From positions 112,654,001-112,718,000 of the forward strand of contig NW_026262581.1 of assembly GCF_021869535.1 (NCBI RefSeq): a DNA stretch of 64,000 nucleotides. The letters are read 5' to 3'. The DNA comes from Mytilus californianus. Lineage: Eukaryota. Both the position numbers and the translations under genes were made by a program. Shown piece after piece: positions 1 through 14,200 of the stretch (its first letter is position 1; every line of letters begins with the position of its first letter). The notes beneath the pieces are model-generated. The model saw only the letters and a list, made by a program, of their open reading frames with translations. It did no database searches and was not told where the DNA came from.

Positions 1-205
1 AGAATTTTCAATATGTATATTTTTTGGTTTGTCATAAGAAAGTTAAAAATCATTTAAAGAACATTCTTACATGTATATAACTTTACATTTAATTTTCTTT
101 TTAATTTATATTCTTATCAATTAACATTATTTTAAGGAGTAGAGTTTGATTCCCCCTGGAAGAATCAATTATGTATGTACATGTAACACAATACCATAAA
201 CAAAC

Positions 206-280
206 CTCTATGTGTTTGGCTTTAAGGACAATGCCATGAGCACCTTCACCTATCCTTCCTAATATTGTGTACTGTTCCAT
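206..280 (-). CDS. CDK20: Cyclin-dependent kinase 20 (CCRK), first coding exon; gene continues off the left edge
   Basis: ATG at 280 gives MEQYTILGRIGEGAHGIVLKAKHIE followed by GT donor (GAG|GTTTG at 206/205). Contains the kinase Gly-rich loop GEGAHG and closely matches the CDK20 N-terminus as recalled (MDQYCILGRIGEGAHGIVFKAKHVE). An acceptor TCTTCGTAG| at 288/287 implies upstream non-coding exon(s). Confidence 0.93.
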
Positions 281-836
281 TATCAATCTACGAAGATAAT
301 TTTATGTACAGAATGTTAAATTTAACATGGTCTAATAATTTGATTATGCTTACATGGCTGAGCCTCCCCCCCCCCCCCCCCCCCCCCTCAAGAAAAATCT
401 GTAATATGCCATTTAAATATACATTATGGGCATTTCTTTTACAAATTTCAATATATTTAATGTCAACATATTTCTGATATGTTTCTCAATAGCTATCAAC
501 AAACAAATCTCATGTTAAACAGATTATGCATGTCATGACTTAGTTGATGGTTTAAAGAGAATTGCCATTAATGCTCTATCCTATTTGAGCCAAGTACAAA
601 TAACTGCATTACCAATTATGGATACTGAATCTTGAACATGAATTACAGAGCTGACTGTGTTATAAGTATTATTGTTCAACAAAAGGAATTGAAAAATATG
701 GCCGTGTTTACGCCACAAAATCTACTACATGTATGAGTACAGACAAACTGATGCATCTAGGAAAGTTTTAAGGCATGGCAGGACCTAGATATATAAAAGT
801 TATATGTAGTCTATGTTTCAGAAAATTAAAACTTAC

Positions 837-864
837 CTGGATTTAGATGTGAATTTTTTCCAGT
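837..864 (-). other. CDK20: Putative 28-nt 5'UTR mini-exon of CDK20
   Basis: Minus strand reads TTTTATTTTGCTATCTTCTGCAG|ACTGGAAAAAATTCACATCTAAATCCAG|GTAAGT: a pyrimidine tract, acceptor and consensus donor lying upstream of the CDK20 ATG exon. Confidence 0.55.
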
Positions 865-885
865 CTGCAGAAGATAGCAAAATAA

Positions 886-2590
886 AACTAGAGGCTCTCA
901 AGAGCCTGTGTCGCTCACCTGACTCTACTTTGGTTTTAGAAATCATGTAAAGATAGATAAAAATCATAACAGATACCCAAATAATGATTGAGGCCAAATT
1001 TTGATTAATATTGGTCCCGTTATTTAATAAAATATCCTGGTGGCCATCTTGAACAGTAAATCGGCAACAAAGTAGCAACACTTGGTCAGCACTTCATAAG
1101 GAACATTCATGCCATGTTTGGATTCATTCCATTCAGTGGTACTCTAAAAGAAGACATTTGTATGTATTTCCCATAGGGTCCTATGTTAAACTAAGCCCCC
1201 CCCCCCCCCTAGCGGCCATCTTGGATGATGGATCGACTGCAAAGTAACAACACTTGGTCAGCAACTCATAAGGAACATTCATGCCATGTTTGGTTCAATT
1301 CCATTCAGTGGTTCTCTAAAAGAAGACAATTGTATGTATTTCCCATAGGGTCCTATGTTAAACTAAGTCCCCCGCTGTCGGCCATCTTGGATGATGGATC
1401 GGCTGCAAAGTAACAACACTTGGTCAACATCTCATAAGGAACATTCATGCCATGTTTGGTTCCATTCCATTTATTGGTTCTCTAAAAGAAGACATTTGTA
1501 TGTATTTTCCATAGGGTCCTATGTTCAACTAAGTCCCCCGCTGGCGGCCATCTTGGATGATGGATCGGCTACAAAGTAACAACACTTGGTCAGAACCTCA
1601 TAAGGAACATTCATGCCATGTTTGGTTTCATTCCATTCAGTGGTTCTCTAAAAGAAGACATTTGTATGTATTTCCCATGGGGTCCTATGTTAAACTAAGT
1701 CCCCCGCTGGCGGCCATCTTGGATGATGGACCGACTGCAAAGTAACAACACATGGTCAACACCTCATAAGGAACATTCATGCCATGTTTGGTTTTATTCC
1801 ATTCAGTGGTTCTCTAAAAGAAGACATTTTTATGTATTTCCCATAGGGTCCTATGTTAAACTAAGCCCCCCGCTGGCGGCCATCTTGGATGATGGATCGG
1901 CTACAAAGTAACAACACTTGGTCAGCACCTCATAAGGAACATTCATGCCATGTTTGGTTTCATTCCATTCAGTGGTTCTCTAAAAGAAGACATTTGTATG
2001 CATTTCCCATAGGGTCCTATGTTAAACTAAGTCCCACGCTGGCGGCCATCTTGGATGATGGATCGGCTACAAAGTAACAACACTTGGTCAACACCTCATA
2101 AGGAACATTCATGCCATGTTTGGTTTTATTCCATTCAGTGGTTCTCTAAAAGAAGTCATTTGTATGCATTTCCCATAGGGTCCTATGTTAAACTAAGTCC
2201 CACGCTGGCGGCCATCTTGGATGATGGATCGGCTACAAAGTAACAACACTTGGTGAGCACCTCATAAGGAACATTCATGCCATGTTTGGTTTTATTCCAT
2301 TCAGTGGTTCTCTAAAAGAAGTCATTTGTATGCATTTCCCATAGGGTCCTATGTTAAACTAAGTCCCTCGCTGGCGGCCATCTTGGATGATGGATCGGCT
2401 ACAAAGTAACAACACTTGGTCAGCACCTCATAAGGAACATTCATGCCATGTTTGGTTTCATTCCATTCAGTGGTTCTCTAGAAGAAGTTCAAAATGTAAA
2501 AAGTTAACGCCGACGACGGACGACGCCGGACGACGGACGCCAAGTGATGAGAAAAGCTCACTTGGCCCTTCGGGCCAGGTGAGCTAAAAA
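886..2590 (-). mobile_element. Non-autonomous Helentron-type element (HINE-like) with internal 166-bp tandem array
   Basis: Subterminal inverted motif GCTCACCTG (913-921) / CAGGTGAGC (near 2576-2584). Hairpin AGCTCACTTGGCCC-TTCG-GGCCAGGTGAGCT and GACG-type microsatellite at the right end; hairpin GAGGCTCT-CA-AGAGCCT at the left end; A/T-run flanks. Confidence 0.8.
1059..2480. repeat. 166-bp tandem repeat, about 8.5 units
   Basis: Near-identical units; equivalent positions at 1225, 1391, 1557, 1723, 1889, 2055, 2221 and 2387 (period exactly 166). Confidence 0.97.
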
Positions 2591-4639
2591 CACATGATTT
2601 TTTGTCATTTGATACGATTCACTCAGTTACAGAGTTGAAACCACCTATTGTTTGCAGATGTCTATTGTCCATTTAAATCAATACTACTCACAACATTTAT
2701 TTTATGAGGGGAGCTTCTCAAACCTCTTTCCCAACTTAGTTTATATTGATACCTTCTGCAGGAATGAAAAAAAATGAATAGCAAAATCCAGAAAAGTTTA
2801 TAATTTTCTGAAACATTAAATGCATTTGAAATTTAATTATCTAATTGCTGCCATGCCTTAAACTTTTCCAGGTGCACAGGTTTGTCTGTACTCAGAGAAA
2901 AAATTGTGGTGTAAATACAGCCATATTAGGGAGCAACTATTTAACCTCAAGGAGGGGGGAGGGTTATGGTTTTTTGTCTGAGTCAGAAAATTGTTTTCGT
3001 GCAAAGCGCGAACATTTTGTTTTGTTTTTTGATGCTATCAATCAAATTACTTTTTCAAAATTTAATACTATATCATCGATGATTGCAAGTTTGTTATGCT
3101 TGCAAGTTCAAGACATTTGGGGATTTCCACTTTATTCATGACGTCATGCAAAAGTATTTATCATCGGCAATGTGCTACTTTAAAAAAACTTAACCGAATA
3201 TTTTTCATTGCATTTTCACTAATATCGGCTAGAAAAAGAGAAGTTGTGTATATTCTAGCATATTATTTGTTTAAACGTCTATTTCCACTACTACTGTTCT
3301 ATTCCACCTAGAATTTCATTGAATTCTTGGGAAATCCTTTCAGCAATGTTATTGACATCGCAACAGTGAGTCATCATCTATTTTTAGGTTATGTGGCCTC
3401 TTTTTCCTTTTTTTCAAGGCCAAGAGTATTATTTTTTAAAGTCCGTATGTGAGCGGATTTTTTAAGATCAGAAAATGATTTGATATATTTTTATAAAATA
3501 AAACCTGCCGAATATTGGCTCGTAAAAGTAATTTAATCCTATGCCAATGAATACAAATTGAATGCAAAAATACTTTGATGCATTAATGACATTGTGACAT
3601 CGTTATAGTTATCTTAAACATGTTTAAAGTGTTTAAATCTGGACTTTCCAATTGACCATTGAAAGTCGCATGTAAAAATTTGAATAATTTTTGTAGGGAG
3701 AATAAAAAGTATGTCCCAATTTCTCTTTTTTTCTCTCGAGATATTCATTTGTTATTTGATCTCAAATTTATTCTGTAATGTTCAAAAATATAATACAATA
3801 GGCCTAACCTATATATTGTTGCACATGCGCAAAAGCCACCGTCCCAGACAATGGACACGAACTTACAAGCATGTCTACTTATTTTATGGAATCGGGCCAC
3901 AATACGAAACATAGACAGATTGACCATGTTTCTGAAACTATCCATCAATTAAATGTATCAGACTGTTTGCAAATAAGTAAAGAATAATTAAACCAAAGTG
4001 GATAATATTTGCCCCAAGGTTGTGATCTGGATTCAGAATATTTTTGTTTGTCATCTGCTTGATCACAATATTTTTTTTCGTCAAATTGGGGATCAGAATA
4101 TTTATTTTAGGAAAAAACCACAACCCTCCCCCCCCCCCCCCCCAACCCCTTGAAGTTAAATGATCGTTCTCTTAGCCAAAAGGTTATGATGAACCTAATA
4201 TGTATGTGACTGTGAGGAAATATGTAAATAGAATCTACCAGTATATGACCCCTTGACTGTGGCAGTGGTATGAAAATGCTGCTAAAATGTTTAACAACAA
4301 TAAGATTCAATCTTTCAGGAAATTTTAGGTACACTCCTGCTTTATGGCATGCCTTTTAGGTCGAATAATTTATAAAAAATACTTTGTTGTTGTCAGGAAA
4401 GCATTTTTGGTCTAAATATGTTTTCTTTCGAGAAGAACGGAGACAAAGGGACATAACTAACAAGGTATATTATTGTTTAGTGTTCGTTCGTCCCAGACCA
4501 TTTCGCACCTTCGATATTATTAAACAAACAATAAGAAAAAAAATCTTCTTGTGGTCAATAAACCTATATCATATTAGAAAACAAAATTATGACATTGAAA
4601 GGAAAATTTTCAAGATGATAAACAAACTAGATAGGAACG

Positions 4640-5290
4640 ATTAAGTGGATAAACATTAAACAATAAACTATTAGTGAAACATTAAACATATTTTATTTCC
4701 CGAAATCGGAGCCCTTGTGGGGCATACAGATAGATACATGTTATGAGAATAGAATGATCCAAATAGAGATAGCAATAATATAAACTATTTTCTGACATAT
4801 GCTATTTTAGTAGTTATATTAAAAGATAGGACAGTTTAAATCTTTTGTATGATGTTATAATACAAAATGTTTACAGAAATAATATGTAAACATATATTTA
4901 AAGAATGTCCTTGTTTCTTATTTCATAATTAGTTTGCAGAAATTTGCAAGTATACATAAAATGGTTTTGTCTTCATTATTTAAAAGCTAATAAAATGTTT
5001 GCCAATTGTTTAACAATAAATAGTATGACATAATTGAACAATTTTATTTGTCATTTGTTGACGTTCATTGGCATCATAGAGTGGACATTCGAGCATAACA
5101 TGTTGTTCATTCTCAACTTCCGATAATGTACAATGAGTGCATAATCTATCTCCCCTTTTTAGCGGCACTGATTGTTCATTTATTTTCTTTTTTTCGTATC
5201 GCCCAGTTTCTATACGAAGTTGGTGGGCACTTGGTGTTGCTGGATACATTGAGATTTATACTACATGATCCTACAGACCTACTTGTACAG
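4640..5290 (-). mobile_element. 3' fragment of a non-LTR retrotransposon (L2/CR1-group ORF2 C-terminus)
   Basis: SAHQLRIETGRY...RLCTHC...VENEQHVMLECPLY matches the Cys/His C-terminal motif of L2/Crack/Daphne-type ORF2 and is followed by an AT-rich tail. Confidence 0.75.
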
Positions 5291-5295
5291 ATTAA

Positions 5296-5326
<31 letters not shown>

Positions 5327-6169
5327 CTCTATATACTCATTGTTGTACAGAGTAACAGAAAAAAATTAGAGAATTGTGAATCTGTAATACCGGATATTTT
5401 CTAAAACAGGGATAAGACAAGGTTTAGAACATCAATCACAACTTATCACCATTAATTGCTTAATTACAGAATTGCTTTATAAAATTTACAACTGGCAATA
5501 CGACAAAAAATTATCTCTTGCACTGGTATTCCGTTCATAAGGTTTGTATCTGGACGATAGTCCTCTCGTCTATGGGTAGGCACCGATTCTCCATGCTTTT
5601 CCTTTTACACCTTACTGGGCTGGAAAAAAAGTTACGACCTGATTTATGACAAAACAATAAACGAAAAACGAATACCGGATAGACAAAACCAACGCCAACC
5701 ACTTAATGGCTTGGAAAAGGCACATATAGCACGTGGCGGAGTTTACATAATTGAGAGCACCCAATCCTCCCCTAACCTTGGACAGTGGTTAAGAACATAC
5801 TGTTAAATCAGTTGAAAATAGACGATAACTCATCAGATTGGTACAGAGCACAAATGACAACTAACATAAAGACAAAAGACAAAAGACACACACTTCCTAT
5901 CTAAGAGTACCCACAGTTGTTGAAAGCTAGTTAGAAGCTAATAACAAGCTTACTACTAAATAAATCATGTTTCTTAGACTAAAGTATTAATCAATACACG
6001 ACGGATTTATTGTAAAGACCGTCATTAACAGTCTGGGTAAGGTATGACTTTTGCACCAAATATATACGTACATAATATCGCCAGGATGTAGTACCACAAG
6101 TTCTTATGCTTATATACATGTATATAAATGTAAAAGGTGCACATTTAGTTATGTTTTAATGTATAAAAA

Positions 6170-6480
6170 GCTATATCAAATGAATGTTAGTATACCGATA
6201 AAAACAATATTCAAAGATCTAACTAACTGCGGTGTTAAATTTGTATCCTTTAAAAATGGGTTTATTCAAAGACTCTGTGATGAGTTTACATGGATCGTTT
6301 CTATATTTATGGGCTTTATAAACAACAATACCGTAAAAATTAGGACAAACTATCCTGTTTGTAATAATAATTCTACAGGTAGAGCCAAACTTTCAAACAA
6401 AATCTTTGTATGACTATCTATGAAATAATATGGTAAACATTTTTTAAAAGTAATTTATGGTAACGAAATCCCTGACTTAA
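6170..6480 (-). pseudogene. Degenerate Penelope-like RT C-terminal remnant
   Basis: Minus frame ...PNFYGIVVYKAHKYRNDPCKL...KGYKFNTAV resembles the FYGDLVYK...GY motif I recall from mollusc Penelope-like elements; interrupted by stops. Confidence 0.35.
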
Positions 6481-7377
6481 TAATTTATCATTAAAACATA
6501 TTGAATTCTAAAACGTTTCTACAGACACGGGCATAGAGAACGAGTTGGAAAATATATTCACCGCTAGATGAGGCCAACATTTGATTTGAAGTTATCGTAG
6601 TCAGCGGAATCATTTAGGGTTGGTGCAATTAATTATTACGGTGAATCAAGGGCAAACAATATTTTATTCAGAAAATACAGATAAATAACACAATTCGTTT
6701 CACGGTAAGTAAAACAAATGGATAACCATTTAAACAAATGTCTTTCCCATTAAAGAATCTGATTTTTATAACATCAGCTGTGGATCCGCAGTATTGCATC
6801 TACCAACATCCAACTAAGGTACGTAAGCTATTATGACGTTACGTTACCATTCGATATCGGCGTCTCTTGAAAATGGATTGAGAAAGAGCTTTCCCCTGTT
6901 ATAATGACAACCATATCATTAATAGAATGCAGGTCAGACAAAGATCGATCCCGCCATTCATCAACTTCTACATCTAAAGGTTTAGACAAAACAAAAGTTG
7001 CTAAGGTAGATATGAATGATTTCTTCAAATATATTTTGAATATCTAGAAAGATATTTACGGAGTAAAATCACATCGATTAGGATTAGATTATAAAAATGA
7101 TCTTCAAAGATGATTCAAATTATCAGAGAATTCAAGGTAGTGGTAATTCACCACATGTTATAAACTGGGTTTTATTTTGCAATCATACCACTTCTCCTTA
7201 TTTTTATATTTAGCATATAAAAGAAATAGTTCAATGTTTGACATTATTGTTTTCTTTAATATGTAAATAGTAATATAGATTTTAAAACAATTGCGGAGTA
7301 TATATCTCCCAGTTGATACGATATTCCAGGGCTTGTATTTCCTATCATGATTTCCTTGATAGAGCATTGTTGTTCAC

Positions 7378-7792
7378 AAGGAAGATATTAAAACATCCCT
7401 TCGTAAATTTTACGGACGCCATCACGAGTTGGTTGACCGTTACGGAATATCCGTTTCACAGACCCTGATGTCGTAACTACAATCCCGTCCCCTTTTCATG
7501 AATGTGACCTACCGAATTAGACTTATTACGGTAACCGGGTTTGTACTAACACGACAACACGACGGGTGCCTCATGTGGAGCAGGATCTGCAGACCCTTCC
7601 TGAGCACCTGAGATCATCCCAAGTTTTTGGTAGGGTTCGTGTTGCTCAGTCTTTAGTTTTCTATGTTGTGTTTTGTGTACTATTGTTTGTCTGTTGGTCT
7701 TTTTCTTTTTTAGCCATGGCGTTGTCAGTTTATTTTCGACTTATGAGTTTGAATGTCCCTTTGGTATCTTTCGCCCCTCTTTTGCATTTTTT
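7378..7792 (+). mobile_element. Penelope-like element 3' remnant (common bivalve repeat)
   Basis: Encodes KTSLRKFYGRHHELVDRYGISVSQ followed by the characteristic non-coding tail ending TTCGCCCCTCTTTT; a related scrap lies at about 38090-38160. Confidence 0.55.
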
Positions 7793-8230
7793 ACATGGAA
7801 TTACAGGGGCGGATTCATGCGGGGGCGTGGTGGGCGTGCTTCCCCTAAAATTTGCATAGCATGGGTTGTCCTCAGCTTAATAAAGAATATTTCGATAATT
7901 TTACCTAAAAAAAAATTTCGCTCAATTTTTGCTTGAATTTTAATCTTGCTATTTTGACACAATTTGTTCTCGCCGCATCATTGTCCGTGGTTACTGACGC
8001 AGCGTAAACCTGCTATCCACCAATGACTAATCGTAAGTTATAACACAAACAACAATAAACAAACGAATTCACAAATATATAAGTAAATAATAAGAATAAG
8101 ACATGCACATCTTTTTTTTATTATAAAACTCCATTGTCGACGTACCAGATGAATTTTCCTGTAGATCCTGTCATTTATTTGTTTTTACTTCCCTTTTTAG
8201 ATAGGAAGTTTGACAGCGGGCAACAGAAGC

Positions 8231-11200
8231 ATGGAAGGTAGCTGTATTGTCAAGGAAATAAAAGGACTATCACTTTTAAATACAGAGACACACAAGCTTG
8301 AAAATCGAACAGGAAAACCGAGAAAACCAAGAGAGGTACGTGCATTATCTAAAGAGACGAATGTATTATAAATACACGCATTTCACAACATTCGAATGAT
8401 GTGGACATATTGACTCCATTACGTAATGTGTTTCCATCAGATACGGTTGAAATCAAAATTTTGAAATGAAATATTTTGAAGAAAAATAAACAGTTAGATA
8501 AACAAGCAAATATAGCTTCCAAGAAAATCAGCACCTGGTTTATGTTTGGCAAGGTATTTTCCGATATTGTATCAAATATGTCTTCAATTAATAACAATGT
8601 AAAGCTATGAAGAACATTTTCATTTTAATTTTAATGATTATTTGTATATTGATAGTCAAATCTTTAATTTGTAACGTTGAGACTTTGCAATATACACATT
8701 CCAGTAGAATTTAACCATTTTCTAATTTTAACTCTGTGAGTGAAAGAAATTCAGAAATACCTCTTACTTATATGATTTTTGATACCACGTATATTTTTAT
8801 ATATCTATTCCTTAATTAATTAACATAAATATTAGGTATACACTGTGCCAGTAGAGAAATGCTGGCACTGGGTGGGTGATTCATTTATTTTTTCCCCATA
8901 GGAATGGAAAAAGAAAATACATTAAAGATTTTTGTATGTTTAGATTGATCTTTTAACCCAAAGACCTTCAACTACACAATATTATCAACACACGTTTTAT
9001 GATTCTGAATGCGTCGATTATGATGTACAGACAGGACCACTGAGTGTCACTGGAGAAAGATTGGACGCTATATCCAACCTGCAGTTTTGTCTGGTAATTT
9101 TTAAAAAATGCAATCAAATAACAAATGGTCAAAAAAATATATATATATATATATAACACGTCTAGATGTAAGTTAACGATCTTTCTTACGAGGGCGTTGG
9201 GTCGTTAGTACTGTACACAATAATAAATTATAGATTTTGGATTGTATATCAATAAAATCTTTGACTTTGACTTTAAATTATATATACACCTCGAAAGTGT
9301 ACAAAACAACACAAAAAATTAAAAAAAGGAAACAGTAAATATAAGTATCAACAAATATTTCGGATAACAGATATATCCTTCATCAGTATGACGTGAATTG
9401 AATCTTATCAATTTATTCTAATTTTCCCAAAACAAACTTGAACGTAATACAAATTAAAAATCGAACCATGTTTGTACAATTAAAAAATCTCCAAGTTCAC
9501 GCAAATTTAGTTTAACTCCGTTTTTTATATGCACAATCTCACAATTACTCATGAAACTATAAGACAACTTGGCTTGTTGTTAATTATACCCCCAATCTAT
9601 GAATGGGGGAAATATAACAATCCTCTTGTCTGTTCGTTCGTCAAACTTTTCACATATACTGCTAAATGTATAGACTTCATATTTGGTCAGCAGCTTGGCA
9701 GTGACCAAATGAAAAGTCACAGTGTAAGCACTTTTTGGATCTGTCCGATGCCTTCTCCCTGTTTTCCGATACTTTAAAATTTTCCTACACTATATGTCGG
9801 TCTGCATTGTAGCCAAGTACACCACTACACAGACGACAGTATTATATCAGTGAATCATCTAACAGTAGCAATTGTAGTGAATGCAGCCAATGCTGCGGAA
9901 GATCATCTCCCGATAACCCACCGTCATCTCCTATTCAAGAAGCGTCTGATTTAAAGCTGGATGGTAAAAAAATGTCATGTCCTGATTTTAGATCTAAATC
10001 TGAGGTAAATTATTTTAATGTTAAAAAAAACACCACACACACACAAAATTTTATACGAGAAACATCACAGAGAATTTGAAAAGTTTGACTATATCACATA
10101 ACGAGATTATCATATATGCTTGACTTTCATTAGAAATATAAAGATTCATGTAGAGTAATATTGCTTGTTGGTGTTTAAAGTCACTTTCAGCACTATTGTC
10201 TAAACGTCGCGGTTAGTTTTTATTGGTGGAAGAAGCCAGAGTAGCCGGAGAGAACCACCGACCTTCGACAGGAAAGCCAATAAAGGTTGAGGTCGAACGC
10301 ACCGCACCTGCTACGTGCGGGGATCGAAATCACAACCTTAATGTTGACAGGCAAGCGATACAGTAGATGAATTGCTTAGACCACACGACTACCGAGGCCC
10401 ATTTTAAAAACGAAGTTTCCAATTATATACAAAAATATCGACAAATAATGACTATCTTACAAATATTAGCCAAAACAAAACTTCTTTATAAATCTTCTGG
10501 AGCGATTATAGCTGGTATATTTTGTAAGCAATTTGTATTGTTTAACCTTTTAGACGCCTTACCGTTCACCTTTAATAATTTGTCTTATTCACGTATCGTC
10601 CCCTTGATTTCAAATGTGTATTACCACTTTTTCCACACTAGGTTTATTATATTCTATCTTTTACAAAAAATCTAAAAAATAGGCAGTTGAAATAACGATA
10701 TAAAAGTACACTTGATCGCCTTTAGGGAGCTACCATTTGATTTTTATGGGGGGCGGGGCTAGGATCTAAAACTGTGTCCTGCATTTTTTTTAGTTGTAAT
10801 CTCTGTCCTGCCTTTTTAATGTTCACTCTATTTGGTCCTGCCTTTGTTTATTAGTTTATCCGGACTTTTTTTACATAAATTGTCATCCTGCCTTTTTTTT
10901 TGACAAGTTGTTCATTCTGCCTTTTTTTTACTCAAAACTCCTGTCCTGCTTTTCTTCAAATTTCATCCTAGCCCCCAATAAAAATCAATGTTAGCTCCCT
11001 TACAATTATTCATTATAAGTACATGTAGTTTGTAGTAAAGTGTGGATACAGGTAGAATGTGAAGTTTAAATATTGTTCTTAATAAACCGCTCCATGTGAT
11101 AAGCTAGCATTAAACTATGAAACTTCAGTTTATAAAAGTTTCGTTTCTTATCAAAATGAATAAGTACAAACTAATGCTTACGTCATGCATTTAATTCTAG

Positions 11201-14200
11201 TATCAAACCTATGATAGCAAAACACCGCATCGTTCCTAGAAGTTAGATGTTCAGCTTGGAATTTATGACAAGGGTCTCAGATGACATTGAAAATTATTCA
11301 TCAAATATTTCTTTCTATGGCAAAGTACAGATGGCCTCTTTACGCGTTATTATATAACAAATGTCTTCCTTCATATTAAGATAGCTTCGTAGGTGTCCAT
11401 GATGTAGCATCACCACAAAATGAATGTGTTGTTCGACTTTGTAGTTGAAAGATTTCAAACCCGGACTTTTAAAGAAAAAGTCGTATTGCTGTGCCAAGTG
11501 TGAGGGTAGAATGATAAGCCACGACTCGCTGATGTTAGAATCGGGCAGCCCATTCCCGTCTTATTTCCGCCAGTGTAGTTCAACTTATGCAGAAACCCAG
11601 TCATATAACAACATACCACCACTACATTCAGACAGGAGCTTGGAAACTCGTGAAGAACTGATTATTGACCAGCCTCTAAAAGACGATATGTTAACTTTAC
11701 CAGAATTACCACACGCTATTGCCATTGAAAAAGAAAAGTCTGGAGCTGTCTTTGAACGTTCCAAGAGCGTTCAAAAACCAAGGCTCTTCCCGAGATATCT
11801 TCATTATAATCATAATAGAAAGAAGTCCGATGAAAATGAAGAACTGTTAAATTCAACTTCCATTGCATCTAAACAGAAATTTCACAGTTCTCACAAAACA
11901 GGTATCTTTTTACATTTTTAGGTAGATGTTCAAACTAAAATACAAACCCCTAAGAATTAAACCATGAAATATATATCTGACGAAACATTGTGAAAATCTG
12001 TTTTCGTATAGTAATTTTTATGCTTTTTCGGATTGAATGTTTTACAAACTATAGCTTAATATATATAACGAAGATGTTATGATGCTTTTTCTAAAAAATG
12101 GAACGTAGCTCGCAAAATATAATACATGGTTGAAACAGAAACCTTGTAAAACCACCCAACAGTTGATAAGGTTAAACCGTTCAAATTCAACATTTTTACC
12201 CAAACAGCAACATTTCATTATTAGTACGTTTGAATTCTATAAATCTTCAAAAATAGTTTATCAGAAAAGAGTGATTTCATATCCCATTTTTTTTATATTA
12301 GATTTATATCTCTTACAATTTTTGATCGAATTTTCGATCAATTATTTTAAAAAATTGCCAGTTAGGTCTCTATAGTAGATGATATGTTTATTTCCCAATC
12401 CACTCTATACAGAGGGAGGTATTTTTATGATTACAATTGACATTTAATTATTACCAGAACCATTCATTGTAATGCAATTGATAATGATGAACTCCTTTGA
12501 TATTTATCTTAAAATTTAAAGAATTTGAACAGAACACTTGACCAGTTCATGTCATTATCTGTTCATTCACTCCATTTATACCCGTTATTTATTGTAAATA
12601 TTTTTTCGCTATTGGACCTATTAGGGATTTTTTTTTAATTACTTGAGCACAAATTTTGAAATTGATTGTCATAGTTTGTGTGCTTTATGGATAAAGATAC
12701 ACCGCAAAATAAGCTGTAAAATTGACAGAAAACTGGATTTTCCGTATTTTAATTTAACGACGCTTCCATGTTTGTGTCACCTGCCACGTTCTGTGCATAT
12801 TTTCCAATCTATGAAGGACCATAACTCTGAACAACAAAGGTGAAAATCATCATTAAAAATTGACCTCCAATTTGCCATCAGAAAAAAACTTACATCAAAA
12901 ATATAAAAACGCATTGGTTGAACGGTTCATAAGTAATTGCACGGAAACGACATAAAGTGCCATTTTCCAAATTAACATGGACCAGACTAGTAACTCCTAA
13001 ACAGTAAAAGTGAAAATCCTCAATATCGAACATGATCTCAGTTTTGTCATCAGTAAAACATATCAAAGATTTGAAATGCATCAGTTGAATGGTTCATAAG
13101 TTATTGCACGGTATTACACAAAGAACCATTTTCCAATCTACCAAGGAACATAACTCATGAACGGTTAAAGTGAAAATCGTCAATATCAAATTTGACTTCC
13201 ATTTTGTCATCACTAACAACAAATTAAAATTAGAAAAAAAACATTGGTTGAACGGTTCCTAAGTTATTGCACGGAAAATGTTGGCAACAGCCGGCCCTTC
13301 AAGATATAAATTTTAATGATTTAATTTTGAAGATTCATAGAACTCAAAAGGACTTATACATTAAATAATAATTAAAGAATTTGGTAAAAGTTGAATAATG
13401 ATATGATTGCTTATTCAATGTATAAACAACTTAACATCATGTTGTTGCCAATAGATCTTTTTGAACTTTGTAAACAAATCTGTTATTTGTAAAACATGTA
13501 GAGATTTTCTTGTAAAGAAATATAAATATTACTTGTGGTTCTTAGAAATATTTAATGGAGAAACAACGAGCCAACAAATTAGAGTTCCTAGCAACGAAAA
13601 TAATGAAATCCACCAACCCTACAGAAAAAGTCAACAAAAAGATTCAGAGAAACGTGGTGTTGATGAGGTTATTAACATATTTTGGTCAAATCACCAACCA
13701 TGTGAAAACTACGCATATTTACATGTCCCTTTGCGGGAGCGGCCAAATTACCAACCATGTGAAAAGTACTCACATTCACCCGTCCCTTTGCTGGAGAAAG
13801 CAACATCGATGTCAAACAGTGATCTGATACAAAGTAAGGTAGCAAAAACACCACCACTTGCTGATTTAGTACAACGTGAAGTAGTAGAAACTCCACTACT
13901 TGCTGATTTAGTACAACGTGAAGTAGCAGAAACACCACCACTTACTAATTTAGTACAACGTGAAGTAGCTGAAACACCACCACTAGCTGATTTAGTACAA
14001 AGTGGAGTAGTAGAAACACCATCACCTTCAGATTTAGGTACTCCATATAATTCGAATACGGATCTACTGATTGGAATACATTCAGTAAATCCTAGTATTT
14101 CTGTTAGCATACACAATCTTCCAAGTATTTCTTCATCAAAGAATAATGACATTAGAATAGAGGCCGAAAATTTCAAAACAGAAGCTGTCAATCAAACATC

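Noticed and set aside
1225-2587. Series of seven near-identical 62-66-aa ORFs (MMDRLQSNNTW…)
   Set aside because: Artefacts of the 166-bp repeat; the period is not a multiple of 3 and there is no splice or domain support.
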